From NCBI GenBank assembly GCA_963575745.1, contig CAUYUJ010000038.1, positions 1 to 64,000 on the forward strand: a stretch of DNA of 64,000 bases, in the 5' to 3' direction. Position numbers and translations under genes: made by a program. Shown here in pieces: positions 37,062 through 47,797 of this stretch (the first letter of the stretch is position 1; each line of letters starts with the position of its first letter). Origin of the DNA: Prorocentrum cordatum (taxonomy: Eukaryota). A model generated the notes under the pieces. That model was given only the letters and a program-made list of their open reading frames with translations, had not been told where the DNA came from and did not search any database.

Positions 37062-37196
37062 CCGGGAAGGACGTGCAGAGGAACGCCGAGGCCGCCGGGC
37101 TCTCCGCGTCGGACGCGGCCAGGCTGCTGTACAGCGCGGGCGACCGCGTGTCCGTGGACCTGCTCGGCCAGTGCCTGGGCGACCACAGACCCTTCG
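37062..37196 (+). CDS. Sec7-domain ARF-GEF exon (GKDVQRNAEAAGLSASDAARLLYSAGDRVSVDLLGQCLGDHRPF)
   Basis: CAG acceptor 37059-37061 and GC donor 37197. The phase-1 join to 38173 restores the frame. Matches the Sec7 A.FL....L....IG.YLG segment. Confidence 0.8.
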
Positions 37197-37214
37197 GCTC
37201 TGGGGGGGGGACGA

Positions 37215-37756
37215 CTATGACTAGGAGGGTGATGCTGCTGCTGATGATGATGCTGCTGATGATGATGCTGATGATGCGGACGTTGGCGATGATTGTGATG
37301 AAGATGAGGATGAGACGATGATGATGGTGGTGATGATGAGTACATGATGCTGATATTGATTATGATGATGATGCTGCTGATCATGCTGATGACGATGATG
37401 ATGATGATGCTGATGATGATGATGCTGATGATGATGGTGATGATGATGATGGTGATGGTGATGATGGTGATGGTGATGATGATGATGACGACGATGATGA
37501 TGATGCTAACGATCATGTTGATGGTGATGATGCCGATTATGATGCAGATGATGCTGATGATGATGATGATCACGATGGTGATGATGGTGATGATGATGAT
37601 GGTGATGATGATTATGATGCTGATGATGATGGTGATGATCACGATGGTGACGATGGTGATGCTGATGATGACGATGATGATGAAGATGATGATGCTGATG
37701 ATGATGATGGCGATAATGATGATGATGCTGATGATTATGATGATGATGATGATGAC

Positions 37757-37814
<58 letters not shown>

Positions 37815-37880
37815 GTGATGGTGATGGTGATGGTGATGGTGATGGTGATGGTGATGGTGATGGTGATGGTGATGGTGATG
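37215..37880. repeat. (GAT)n/(GATGGT)n microsatellite within a GC-AG intron
   Basis: Direct inspection. Confidence 0.97.
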
Positions 37881-38172
37881 AGAGAGGGGTGTGTGTGTGT
37901 GTGGCTATTTTGCAGTTTTTCTAACTTCGTACGGTCCTCGCGAGCAATATTCCTAAGCTCCACGGTCGTTTGCCACAAGAGTGTCGCGGAATCGCAAGCA
38001 TGGATTGATGCGCGAAGATTTGGGACGGGCCCCGCTTCCATACCACATTGCGCTGGCGACATGCCTCGGGGGCTGCGTTCCCGGATCCGTGCACCTGGCG
38101 CGCACGCGCAGACCCGCGGATCCCCGGTCCGTGCCAGCACGTGCTTGGAGAAACAGCACCTCCCCGGGGCAG

Positions 38173-38296
38173 GGGTCCAGCTGTGCGAGCAGTACCCCTG
38201 CAACTTCGCGCTCTCCGGGCTGGACCTCGTGCCCGCCCTCCGCGCGTACCTGCGGCGCTTCCGGCTGCCGGGGGAGTCCGCCCAGATCGACCGCAT
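38173..38296 (+). CDS. Sec7 exon with catalytic glutamate finger (ALRAYLRRFRLPGESAQIDRI)
   Basis: FRLPGExxxIDR is Sec7 motif 1; CAG acceptor at 38170-38172. Confidence 0.92.
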
Positions 38297-39408
38297 TCCG
38301 GGGCGCCCAAGGCGGGGGGCGAGGACCCGGGGATGCCCCGACGGCTCGCGCCGTGAAAGGATGCAGGCGGAAGTTGTCTGGCAAGTCTTGCTTTCCCGGG
38401 CTCTCACAAGGCCGCGGGGCCATGCCATCAAACAGTCACTCGGGATGAATCGAACATTCGTCGCAAGGAAGGGTGTCCAGACCTCTGGGCGCCCGACAGG
38501 TGAGGACTTTCTCGTCGTCGAACGGGGCGGCGGGGGAGGAAGACGTCGTTCATTCTGGAGGTTTTGCCGCCTCGGCATGCGTTTCATAGGAGCTGCGCCT
38601 CGTCGAGAGCTTTCCTATAGGGCGACATGATCGACTCGAACGGCTGCCGGAGGTCCGGGCTGCTGCCCGCAGGCCACCAGCGTATCGGAAATAGAAAGGC
38701 TGGAGTCCCTCGCAGTCTTCGGAGGCTCTGGTGGCCCTCGCCGGGCTCCGGGGTCGGCGCAGAAACGACTAGGGTTCGGTCGGGCCTGTCCCTCTACAGG
38801 AGGAAAATTCAAAAATAGTAGAAGAATAGGCTGGGGAGGATTTTCTGATTATTTGTTCGACTATTTTGAGGCATGTTTTACATTTTTAGGGGTTCTCCCA
38901 AAATCCGCCTGCAGGGGGACATGCCCGACCTCAGACCAGGGATGAGAAGCCTGTCCCCGGGAAGGGGTCGAGCTGGGGACCCCGTATTGAAAACAGTCAA
39001 GACATGGGATCTTTGGGACTAGGGTGTGTGTGTGTGTGTGTGGATATCGTTTCTGGAGGGCATGAAGTCCTCAGAGATGTCATGGCCCCCTTGTGCTTCA
39101 AGCACGCTCCCTGGCCTCCCTCCTCCCTTGTCCGCCGGCATGCCTTTGGCCATGATGCGCCAATACCCCTCTTCCTGGGCCCCCTCTCCAGTAGTCGTCC
39201 GACGTCGCGTTTTTTTCGCAACCTGGCTCCCCAGAGGTATTGACCTTCTCTTCCCAGGGGCCGACGTTTTATCCCGAGTCGTGTTCCGACAGTCTCAGAG
39301 CCCTGTGGAGGCCCCCGGAGGCAAAGCTGCCAAACCCCCTCAGTCGTGAGTTTCTCCACGACGCGAGGATGTCGTCAGGGTTACTGGCTCCCCTCTTTGG
39401 CGCACCCG
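38297..39408. mobile_element. Foldback (long-TIR) element interrupting the Sec7 coding sequence; candidate non-canonical intron
   Basis: Flanked by the direct repeat CCGCAT (38291-38296 and 39409-39414). Degenerate inverted arms ~38298-38580 and ~39135-39408. Contains a nested MITE A copy. Confidence 0.75.
38778..38930. mobile_element. MITE family A, copy 2
   Basis: GGTCGGGCCTGTCCCTCTACAGG / CCTGCAGGGGGACATGCCCGACC. Confidence 0.8.
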
Positions 39409-39414
39409 CCGCAT

Positions 39415-39537
39415 CCTAACTGGCTTCGCGCGCGCTTTCTTCCGGCTCAACCCAGCGCTGCCAGAGCCAGGGCTGTCAGGTCGCCCCTTCGAAGAGGCCG
39501 CGGTGGGCTGGTACGTGGAGCAGCCGCTGTCCAACAG
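39415..39537 (+). CDS. Sec7 exon (LTGFARAFFRLNPALPEPGLSGRPFEEAAVGWYVEQPLSN), not in the ORF track
   Basis: RILTGFARAFFRLNP corresponds to Sec7 RIMEAFAxRYxxxNP. Ends at an AG|GA donor (39538); the phase-2 join to 41437 restores the frame. Confidence 0.85.
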
Positions 39538-40214
39538 GAGCTGATCTTTCTACGTAGTGCATGAGCAGTGACCAGGGCTGGACCTAACAGGTTTTTGTGG
39601 CGAATTCGTGGGCCGTTTGCGTTTCGACTTCCTTTTGCGGTAAAGGCAGATTCGAGACGAACGCGAGGGAAAACGAAAACAAAACGACAACGAAAAACAC
39701 CGCTTAGGTTCCGCCCTGGCACTGACGTTCGGAGGCCCGCGCGGCTTTCCCGGGTCGGTGCTCCCCTCGTGCCCAGCGCGCGGCGCGCCAGGGGGGGGGG
39801 GGGGGCGGCAGAGGCGCCACCATGGGGAGGCCCAGCGCCGAGCCGAGACATCCGTGCGGGCGTCGTGAAGTTTGTGTGTGTGTGTGTGTGTGTTGTGTCG
39901 ACTCGTCTCTCTTGTGTTTTTAGCTGTGTTTAGGCGGGAGCATGTATGGGGAGTGGGGGAAGGCAAACACCTGGAGAACATGGGGAAGTGTGGGGAAGTC
40001 TGCCACGTGTCTACATTTACGTGTGTGTCCCAGGGCCCCTTTATACTTGTTCTTCTTGTTCTCCTTGTCGACAACGGGATCGCCCCCTGGCGACAGCAGG
40101 CGTTCAACAACATCCTCGCGTCGTGAAGCAATTGCGGCCAGAGGATTTTGGGAGTCTCGGCTTTATGGGCTGCTCCCTGAGCCCCAGGACAATGAGTAGT
40201 CTGGGCGACGGGCC

Positions 40215-40890
40215 CTGTTCGTCTTCGGTTGAGCTCCCTATGGGGCCACGAAGCGTGTGAGGCGTGTGCCGAAATGGGCGGGGAACCGCGTGCGAGCCCT
40301 GCCACTAATGCTTTCGGTGGATTGCGAAGCGTGCGAGGGATGTGCCAACATGGGCGGGGAACCGCTTGCGACGCTGGCACCGAGGCCTTCGGGGGAGCTC
40401 CCCGGGGCGGCCACGCAGCGCGTGAGGGTTATGCCGATGTGGGCGGGGAACCGCATGCGATCCCTGTCGCTGGGGCCTTGGGAGGAGCTATCTGTGAGGC
40501 CACGAACGTGTGGGGGTGTCCGCACGCAAGCCCTGTCACCGAGGCCTTCGGTGGAGCTGTCTATGGGGCCACGATGCGTGTGAGCGGGGAACCGCATGCA
40601 GACCCTGACACTGGGGCCTTCGGGGGGGCTTTCTTTGTGGCCACGAAGCGTGTGAGGGTTGTACCGACGTGGGCGGGGAACCGCATGCGAACCTTGCCAC
40701 AGAGGCCGACATGGGCGGGAAACCGCAAGCGAGCCTTGCCACTGAGGCCTTCGGTGGAGCTCCCCGTGGGACCACGAAGCGTGTGAGGGGTGCACCCAAA
40801 TGGGCGGGAGGCCACATGCGAACCCTGTCATTGGGGCCGTCGTTGGAGCTCCCTAGGGCGGCCACGAATCGTGTGAGGGGTGCGCCGGCA
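40215..40890. repeat. ~83-bp minisatellite (GGGCGGGGAACCGCATGCGA...GCCTTCGGTGGAGCTCCC..GGGGCCACGAAGCGTGTGAGG)
   Basis: About eight degenerate tandem units, inside a GA-AG intron. Confidence 0.9.
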
Positions 40891-41436
40891 TGGACATGCG
40901 GAGGGCAGAGGCAGGGATGGGAGGAGGGTGAGGAGGCGGAGGAGGAGGAGGAGGAGGAGCGGAGGAGAGGAGGAAGACGCGGGGCGCCATCCATTCAAAA
41001 CGAGGACCCGCAGGATGGTTGTGCAACAAGCCGGTGCTTGTGAGAGGTCCAGTTGTCCAGAGGACCATGTTGCGACAAGAGTCACTACATCGGATCTCTT
41101 GGGATCACGGGTCACGGGGGGGAGAGCGAGGACTGGGGACCAGTAGCGTCACCCTTAACCGTTCCAGTGATGACGGCGTTGCCGCGGATCGTGGCGTTGC
41201 CAGGGAGGGGGGGATGGCGGGGGGTGCGGCCCTGATAACAGGTGCTATCGCGAATGATTCGAATCAGGTGTTTGATCCAACGCAGCCGCCCAGCCTTCGC
41301 GCCGAAGACCGAAGGAAGGCGCCGAATACCTGCAGAAACCGCCGAAGACCGTCGGAAGACCGCCGAAGACCGCCCGAGGCCGATGGGCCACAGGGGGGTC
41401 CATGGTCAGACACGCAGGTTGAAAGACTGCTTCCAG

Positions 41437-41935
41437 TGGCCAGCCCTGCTGCATCCATTGCGGCGTCCTCGGCGACCAGGAAGGGCAGGAGGTGCTGGTC
41501 TGCGAGGGCTGCAGGCTGATAAGCTTCTGCAGGAGGTGTCACATGACTGCCTCTCGCCAGGGGCACGTCGACAAGGGCTGGTCATGCTTCGGCCGCGCAT
41601 GCGCCGCTGCAATCCGGGAGTCCCAGAAGCTTCCCAGGGACGTCAACCTCGACTTCGACCTGAAGGTCGGGGGACGTTATGTCGACGTGACGGTGCCAAA
41701 GGACAGTTTGCTGTGGGAGCGCGCCAGCCCCTTCCGGACGGAGGACGCGGTGATGATTTTATCGTTTGCCATCATCATGCTGACCACAAATCTGCACTCT
41801 GTCAAGATCAAGAAAGAGAAGAAGATGCAGAAGCACGAGTTCCTCGCGCAGCTCCGCGAGCAGAACGACGGCTCCAACTTCCCGGGCGATTTCTTGTCGC
41901 AGATCTACGACAATATCAAGCAGAATGAGTTCAGG
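41437..41935 (+). CDS. Sec7 exon: MYND-like zinc finger followed by Sec7 motif 2
   Basis: CCIHCGVLGDQEGQEVLVCEGCRLISFCRRCH...GH......C, then FRTEDAVMILSFAIIMLTTNLH...KMQKHEF...NDGSNFPGDFLSQIYDNIKQNEF. CAG acceptor 41434-41436; probable GT donor at 41936. Confidence 0.9.
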
Positions 41936-42189
41936 GTGGACACCGCATCTACTGCCCCCTCGCGCCCGCCTGCCGATGTGCCGAGGCTTTGTCGCTGCCG
42001 TCGCTGCCGCCGCCGTGCCGACACTTCCGATGTTTGCGTTTTTTTGCAAACCTGGCCCCCCAGAAGTGCTGACCCTTTCTAAGTGCTGACCCTTTCTCCG
42101 CGGCACGCTGTTCAATTCTGAGCTGTTTCGATCACGGTCTGGGGGTCTGGTGAGGACTTCCAGGCACCGAGAATCACACATTCTTGGGG

Positions 42190-42415
42190 ATGAGGAGGAG
42201 GAGGAGGAGGAGGAGGAGGAGGAGGAGGAGGAGGAGGAGGAGGAGGAGGAGGAGGGGAGAAGGAGGAGGGGAGGGGGGGAGGAGGAAGAGGAGGAGGAGG
42301 AGGAGGAGGAACGGGGGGGGGGAGAGGAAGAGGAGGAGGAGGAGGAGGAGGAGGAGGAGGAGGAGGTAGGAGGAGGAGGAGGAGGAGGAGGAGGAGGAGG
42401 AGGAGGAGGACGTAG
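42190..42415. repeat. (GAG)n microsatellite
   Basis: Direct inspection. Similar tracts occur at 7533-7595, 10507-10603, 36897-37045, 46258-46330 and 48750-48950. Confidence 0.95.
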
Positions 42416-44428
42416 AGGCTTCGGTGGTCGCCGCCATCATCGCCACACTTGCCGCAGTCGTCGTCTCCGCCTCCACCGTCGTCGCCGCCTCCGCCGTTGC
42501 CGCCGCCGCCGCAGCCGCCGCCGCCGTGGCAGTCGCCGCCGTGCCGCCGCGGCCGCCGCCAGGCGCACGGCGTCGGCGGAGCGACGCTTCGGCCACCGGC
42601 GCGTGCGCAGCGACGGGGGCGCCTCCATGCTGCGGCGCAGCAGGCCCCCGAGCCAGGAGCCCAGGCCGTGACGGGGCGCCTTCGGGCGGGCCGCGGCGCC
42701 CGAGAGCCCCTCAGCGGCCGGCTCCGCGGGCGCCCGTGCGTTGTCGTGAGAGGAGGCCTGCGCCGTTGGTGCCTGGAGCTCTCTAGACGGCCCCGGAAAA
42801 GTCAGGGGCGCGCCGGAGGTTCCCCGCCCTTGCGCTCACTCTCCTCCTCTTCCTCCTCCTCCTTTTTCTTCTCCTCCTCCTCCTCCTCCTTCTTCTGTCA
42901 GAGGAGGAAGTTGTCTTGTGTTGTCATGTTTGGGCTGGCCTTGAACAACTGGTCAGAACGCACCCCAGGAGAGACCCTTGGAGTAACAGTGTGGGTGAAT
43001 GTTTGTTTTCCCACTCCCCTCTCCAGGGCAAGAGTCTAGCGTGTGCGCTGTCTCCCTCTCGCCTCTTCCTCCGCTCTGGATCTCCTTGATCGGCTTTAGC
43101 TTTTCGAACCCATTGACGTCCTCGTGAGGCTCTGGCCTCCGTATGTTGTGGATGGCATCCCAGATCGAGCAACCCCGCTCGTGCCAGCGTACAGCCTGTT
43201 GATATGTGCAGGAGGGGCGATAGCGTGTGTGGTCTGTCTGTGGATCGGGGTACAGATTTTGTTGATCTCTTTCCAGGCCGCGTGGCCGACAAGCTGTAGC
43301 AATGCCTGATCTGTAAACATGTGATTGTCGGGATGCCGACCATGTCTCAAAACTTATTCTATCACTCCAATCTGGCTTTAGACGCAGGCCAAGGCTAGGT
43401 TGCAGCAGCTTGTCCGCAGAGATACTCGAAGCTGTCACTTTCATGGCAGGGGCGTGGTGTCGCAGGCGATGTTTCTCCCCCAGCCCCCAGCTTTTCGATA
43501 CAAAACTGAAGCAGCTCAGAAAATAGGGGAAACCTTGGGATCCACCCAAAGAGGGCTATTCGGACGCACCTCTATCGAGGATGGACGCCCCCCCATGGTG
43601 CATCCCAGAGTTGGGCCAAAATTGTTGGTCCATTCGGAAACCCCACCAGGCCTGGGATAGGGGCCGACACATCCCTTGATGTGGTGTCCTGAGTCCAGGC
43701 CTTTCCTAGCAGCCTCTGCCCCGCTTCTTCCTCCCGCCAGGCGTGCGGGCAGCCATTCCTGGGTCGCCCACGGTTGGCCTCGCTGTCCGATCTCGGGATC
43801 GCCCCCGGGCAAGGGCAGCGGAGTTCATACACAGACGGTGGGTTCGCGTCGTGCCGACCGGCGGCGAAGCCCGCCGCCAGCTCTCAACGTTGACCGCCGC
43901 TGGCGACCCGGAATCGGTCGACGTTGAACGATCTGACGTGTCGGGAACGGCCGACCGTTCGAGGTGGAACGATCCCCGCGGTGTCACAGGCCAGCGCCTA
44001 AGTCGGTTCGCCACGGACCTGCCGCAGCCATGGTTTCCTGCACGTCTTCTCCCCTGAGATCGTCTGTCCCCTCCTGCTCCCCGCTCCTCCCTCCTCCCTG
44101 CTGCTCCCTCCCTTCTCCTGCCAGCCTCCTCCTGCCACCCTCCTCCCTCCTCCCTGCTCCTCCTCCTGACATCGACGCTGGGCCTCCTCCTCCTCCTCCT
44201 CCTCCTCCTCCTCCTCTTCCTCCTCCTCCTCCTCCTCCTCCTCCTCCTCCCTCCTGCTCCACCCTCGTCCTTCCTGTGCGTACATCCTGCTCGTCCTTCT
44301 CTGCGGCCCCGAGGAGAGTAAAGGACGCGCTGGCGTCGTGAACCAAATATGGGCGGGGGCGGGGGCCCTCTCTGGGCCCCGGGCCCGTCGAAGAACGACT
44401 CGGGATGAGAAGCTCGTCCCTAGGATCA

Positions 44429-44580
44429 AGTTTGGCATGCCCCTCTACAGAAGGACTTTTCAAAACTAATGAGAAGTCGTTTAGGGACGACTTTCCGATT
44501 ATTTCTTTATTTTGCACGAACGCTTTTTTATGCTTTGATTTTGCGTCCAAGATCTGCCTTCAGCGGGACATGCCCGACCT
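44429..44580. mobile_element. MITE family A, copy 3
   Basis: GTTTGGCATGCCCCTCTACAG / CTTCAGCGGGACATGCCCGACC. Confidence 0.7.
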
Positions 44581-45134
44581 AACCCTGGGAGTAGGTCGAG
44601 ACCTTTATGGAAGAGAAACCTGGGATGCCGAATGTCGGGTGCTCAGGCTTGTGAAAGACACCAGCCCTGTAACTGTTTGACTGGTAGACTCTACGAGCTC
44701 CGAGACAGCAAAGCATGAGGACGCCTCGCGCGAACCGCCCGGCCCAGCCTGAAGACACGCTCGGTGATGCAGCAGGGAGTGGGGCGCTGATATGACAGAG
44801 GGATGGCGGAGGAGGAAAGGGAGTGGTGGGGGCCCTCCCCTCCCCAGAACTCCAACGCATTGTTTTTCTTCACAGCGTGGACCCCTGGAGCCAAGAGCCG
44901 TTTTGTTTGACGGTCTCGGGGTCCGAGGAGGGCCCCCGGAAGCAGAAATGTATGACGACATGCTTCCCGTCGTTGTTTTCTCAACGAGAGGAGATGGAGG
45001 TCCTCCTCTTCTTCCTTCTTCCCCCTCCTCCTCGTCCTCCTCCTCCTCCTCGTTCTCCTTTGCGTTCCAACCCTCCCCCTCCCCTCCCTCCTCTTCTTCT
45101 TCCGCCTCCTCCGGGGTTTCTCGGCCTGCCCCCC

Positions 45135-45635
45135 ATGGAGAAGAGGCGGCGGCAACGAGGCCGCAGACGCCGGCGCGCTGACGTGGACTCCATCGAGACG
45201 GCGGACGTGTCCGAGCAGGCGGACATCTCGGACCAGACGGACTCGACGGGTGGCTCGCAGCGCATGGGGATGGGCACCGAGAGCGCGCAGTCCCAGTGCA
45301 AGGACATCGATGGCGGCAAGTTCCTGCGGAACGAGGCGACCATCAAGGAGATGCACTGTGAGATCTCGGATCTGAAGGCGGGGCTTGCGGCCGAGACGGC
45401 AGCCAGAGCCGCGGCGGAATCCGCTGCCTCCGAGGTCAACGGCATTGTCGCAGGGCTCGAAGCCGAGCTTGAGGCCGTGAGGGCGGCGCTTACTTCGGCG
45501 ACCAGGGGCAGCGAGCACCTGGCGCAGCAGGTCGTGGAGCTGGAGTCCAAGGAATCGGAGGCGGAGCATGAGAAGATGAGCCTCCGAGTGGCGCTCGCCG
45601 ACGCCGAGCGGAAGCTAGACGAGGTGAAGAGGTGA
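45135..45635 (+). CDS. Coiled-coil protein fragment or exon of unknown gene
   Basis: GC3-rich coding-like codons and heptad-like E/A/L-rich sequence (EISDLKAGLAAETAARAAAE...LRVALADAERKLDEVKR); possible AG|GT donor at 45632. Confidence 0.5.
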   Translation: MEKRRRQRGRRRRRADVDSIETADVSEQADISDQTDSTGGSQRMGMGTESAQSQCKDIDGGKFLRNEATIKEMHCEISDLKAGLAAETAARAAAESAASEVNGIVAGLEAELEAVRAALTSATRGSEHLAQQVVELESKESEAEHEKMSLRVALADAERKLDEVKR

Positions 45636-46399
45636 CGCCGCCGCGGACTGCCAGCAGGCTTTCGACCTGGCGGAGAAAGTGGCGCTTGCTGGCGCCTCGT
45701 CTGGCGGGCGTCGAGACCGACAAGGTCGTAGAGGCGTTGAGGTGAAGGCCCTCGCTCTGTCCTGCTGGGTCCAAGTCGAAATTTTGGCTGCGCGTGCCTG
45801 TGTCCTCCCCTGGGGGCGGCCTCTGGAGGCCGTTGGTCGCACGTCCGTCCCCGCGGGGGTGGCTTCCGCTCCCCTGGCTTACCCGCGGGGCAGGCCAGGG
45901 TCGTGACGGGTGCCTGTCTGGGCTTCTTCGGGTTCCTTCCCTCGTGCGACCGCGGCGTCCGCGGTCGCGCGTGCGCGGCTGCGAGGACTCTCTTCTTGAC
46001 ATCGGGGCCCTGGTGGTTGTCAGCGCGCTGACGGCCGCCAGGGCCTCCTTGATGACATCCCCTCCCTCCCTCCCTCCTCCTCTTTTTCCTATTTTGTTTT
46101 CTCCCCTTTTTCCTCCTCCTCCTTCTCCTGCTCCTCCTCCTCCTCCTCCTCCTCCTCCTCCTTCTCCTCCCTCTCCTCCTCCTCCTCCTCCCCTGACGCT
46201 GACGCTGGCGGCAGCGCCGTCGCGATCGACGTGGCCGATGGCCGAGAGGCCGTGGACCTCCTCCTCCTCCTCCTCCTCCTCCTCCTCCTCCTCCTCCTCC
46301 TCCTCCTCCTCCTCCTCCTCCTCCTCCTCCGCACGTGCACGATACAAGTGGCACGCGTGCCCCGGTTCTTGTACATTTGAGGAGAGAGAGGGGGAGGGG

Positions 46400-47600
46400 C
46401 ATGCGGGGGGCGAGAGGGCCAGGGGATGGGGGGCCAGAGCCAGGGTGACAGAACCACGAACATAAAGGGTCCGGGACGAGGGCGGCTGGGGCCAGGGCCA
46501 GGGTCGGGGCGAGTGGGGGTCCAGGGCCAGGGCAGGGGGACTGAAGCTCGGACCAGGGGCCAGAGGTCCGGGCTCGAACCACGAAAATACACGGTCCGGG
46601 GCGAGGATGGCTGGGACGAAGGCCAGGGTCGGGGCGAGTGGGGCCCAGGCTAGGAAACAAGTTGAGTTCAGCCAGGGCCAGAGGGCTGGGGCTCGGACCA
46701 GAGGCCAGAGGTCCAGGTTGGGACGAGGGGGCGAGGGGGGGCGGGCCACAGCCAGGGGGACGGGGTCGAGGGGAAGCGGGCCAGAGCCAGGGGGACGACC
46801 ACGAATCACGAACCACGAAAATAAAAGGGCCGGGGCGAGCAAGGCTGGGGCCAGGGCCAGGGGGCGCCAGAGCCAAGGAGGGAGATTGGGTTCAGGGCCA
46901 GGGCAGGAGGGCGGGGGCGAGGGGGCCAGGGGAAGCAGGCCACAGCCAGGGGGACGACAACGAACCACGAAAATAAAACAAGTTTGGGGCGAGGGGGAGC
47001 GCCAGAGCCAAGGAGGGAGGCTGGGACCAAATCCAGGGCAGGAGGACGGGGGCGAGGGGGCCAGGGGAAGCCGGCCAGAGCCAGGGGGACGAAAACGAAC
47101 GACGAAAATAAAGGATCTGGGGCGAGGGGGGCTGGGGCCAGGGCCAGGGGACGCCAGAGTCAAGGAGGGAGGCTGGGTTCAGGGCCAGGGCAGGAGGACG
47201 GGGGCGAGGGGGCCAGTGGAAGCAGGCCAGAGCCAGGGGGACGACGACGAACCACGAAAATACAGGGTGTGGGGCGAGGGGGGGGCGCCAGAGCCAAGGA
47301 GGGAGGCTGGGTTCAGTGCCAGGGCGAGGGGGCCAGGGGAAGCAGGCCAGAGCCAGGGGGACGACGACGAACGACGAAAATAAAGAGTCTGGGGCGAGGG
47401 GGGCTGGGGCCAGGGCCAGGGGACGCCAGAGCCAGGGTGGGAGGCTGGGTTCAGGGCCAGGGCAGGAGGACTGGGGCTCGAACCAGGAGCCAGAGGTCCG
47501 GGCTGGGGCGCGGAGGCCAGGGGATGGGGGAGACGACGACGAGGATCGGAAGCCAGAGCCAGGGGGACGACGACGAACCACGAAAATAAAGAGGTCCGAG
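46400..47600. repeat. G-rich ~120-155-bp tandem repeat (GCCAGAGCCAGGGGGACGACGACGAACCACGAAAATAAA)
   Basis: About eight degenerate units marked by recurring ACGAAAATA. Confidence 0.9.
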
Positions 47601-47641
47601 CTCTAGAACACAACTGTGCAAGATGATGAATCTTTTGTTTA

Positions 47642-47797
47642 AGTCGGGCCTGTCCCTGTGCAGGGGGAATATTCAAAAATAGTTAAAGAAATCGTGGGGG
47701 AACGTTTTTTTGCTTTGGACTATTTCTGACGGTGTTTGCGTATTTTTGTGAATTCTCATTTTTCGTCCAAAGTCCGACTGTAGGGGGACGCGCCTGG
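47642..47797. mobile_element. MITE family A, copy 4
   Basis: GTCGGGCCTGTCCCTGTGCAGG / CTGTAGGGGGACGCGCCTGG. Confidence 0.7.

Noticed and set aside
36887..38630. Long poly-Met and poly-Ile ORFs
   Set aside because: Artefacts of the (GAT)n intronic microsatellite; only 38173-38296 is real coding sequence within them on the + strand.
44981..47676. Long minus-strand Pro-rich ORFs
   Set aside because: Products of the G-rich tandem repeat and (GAG)n tracts.
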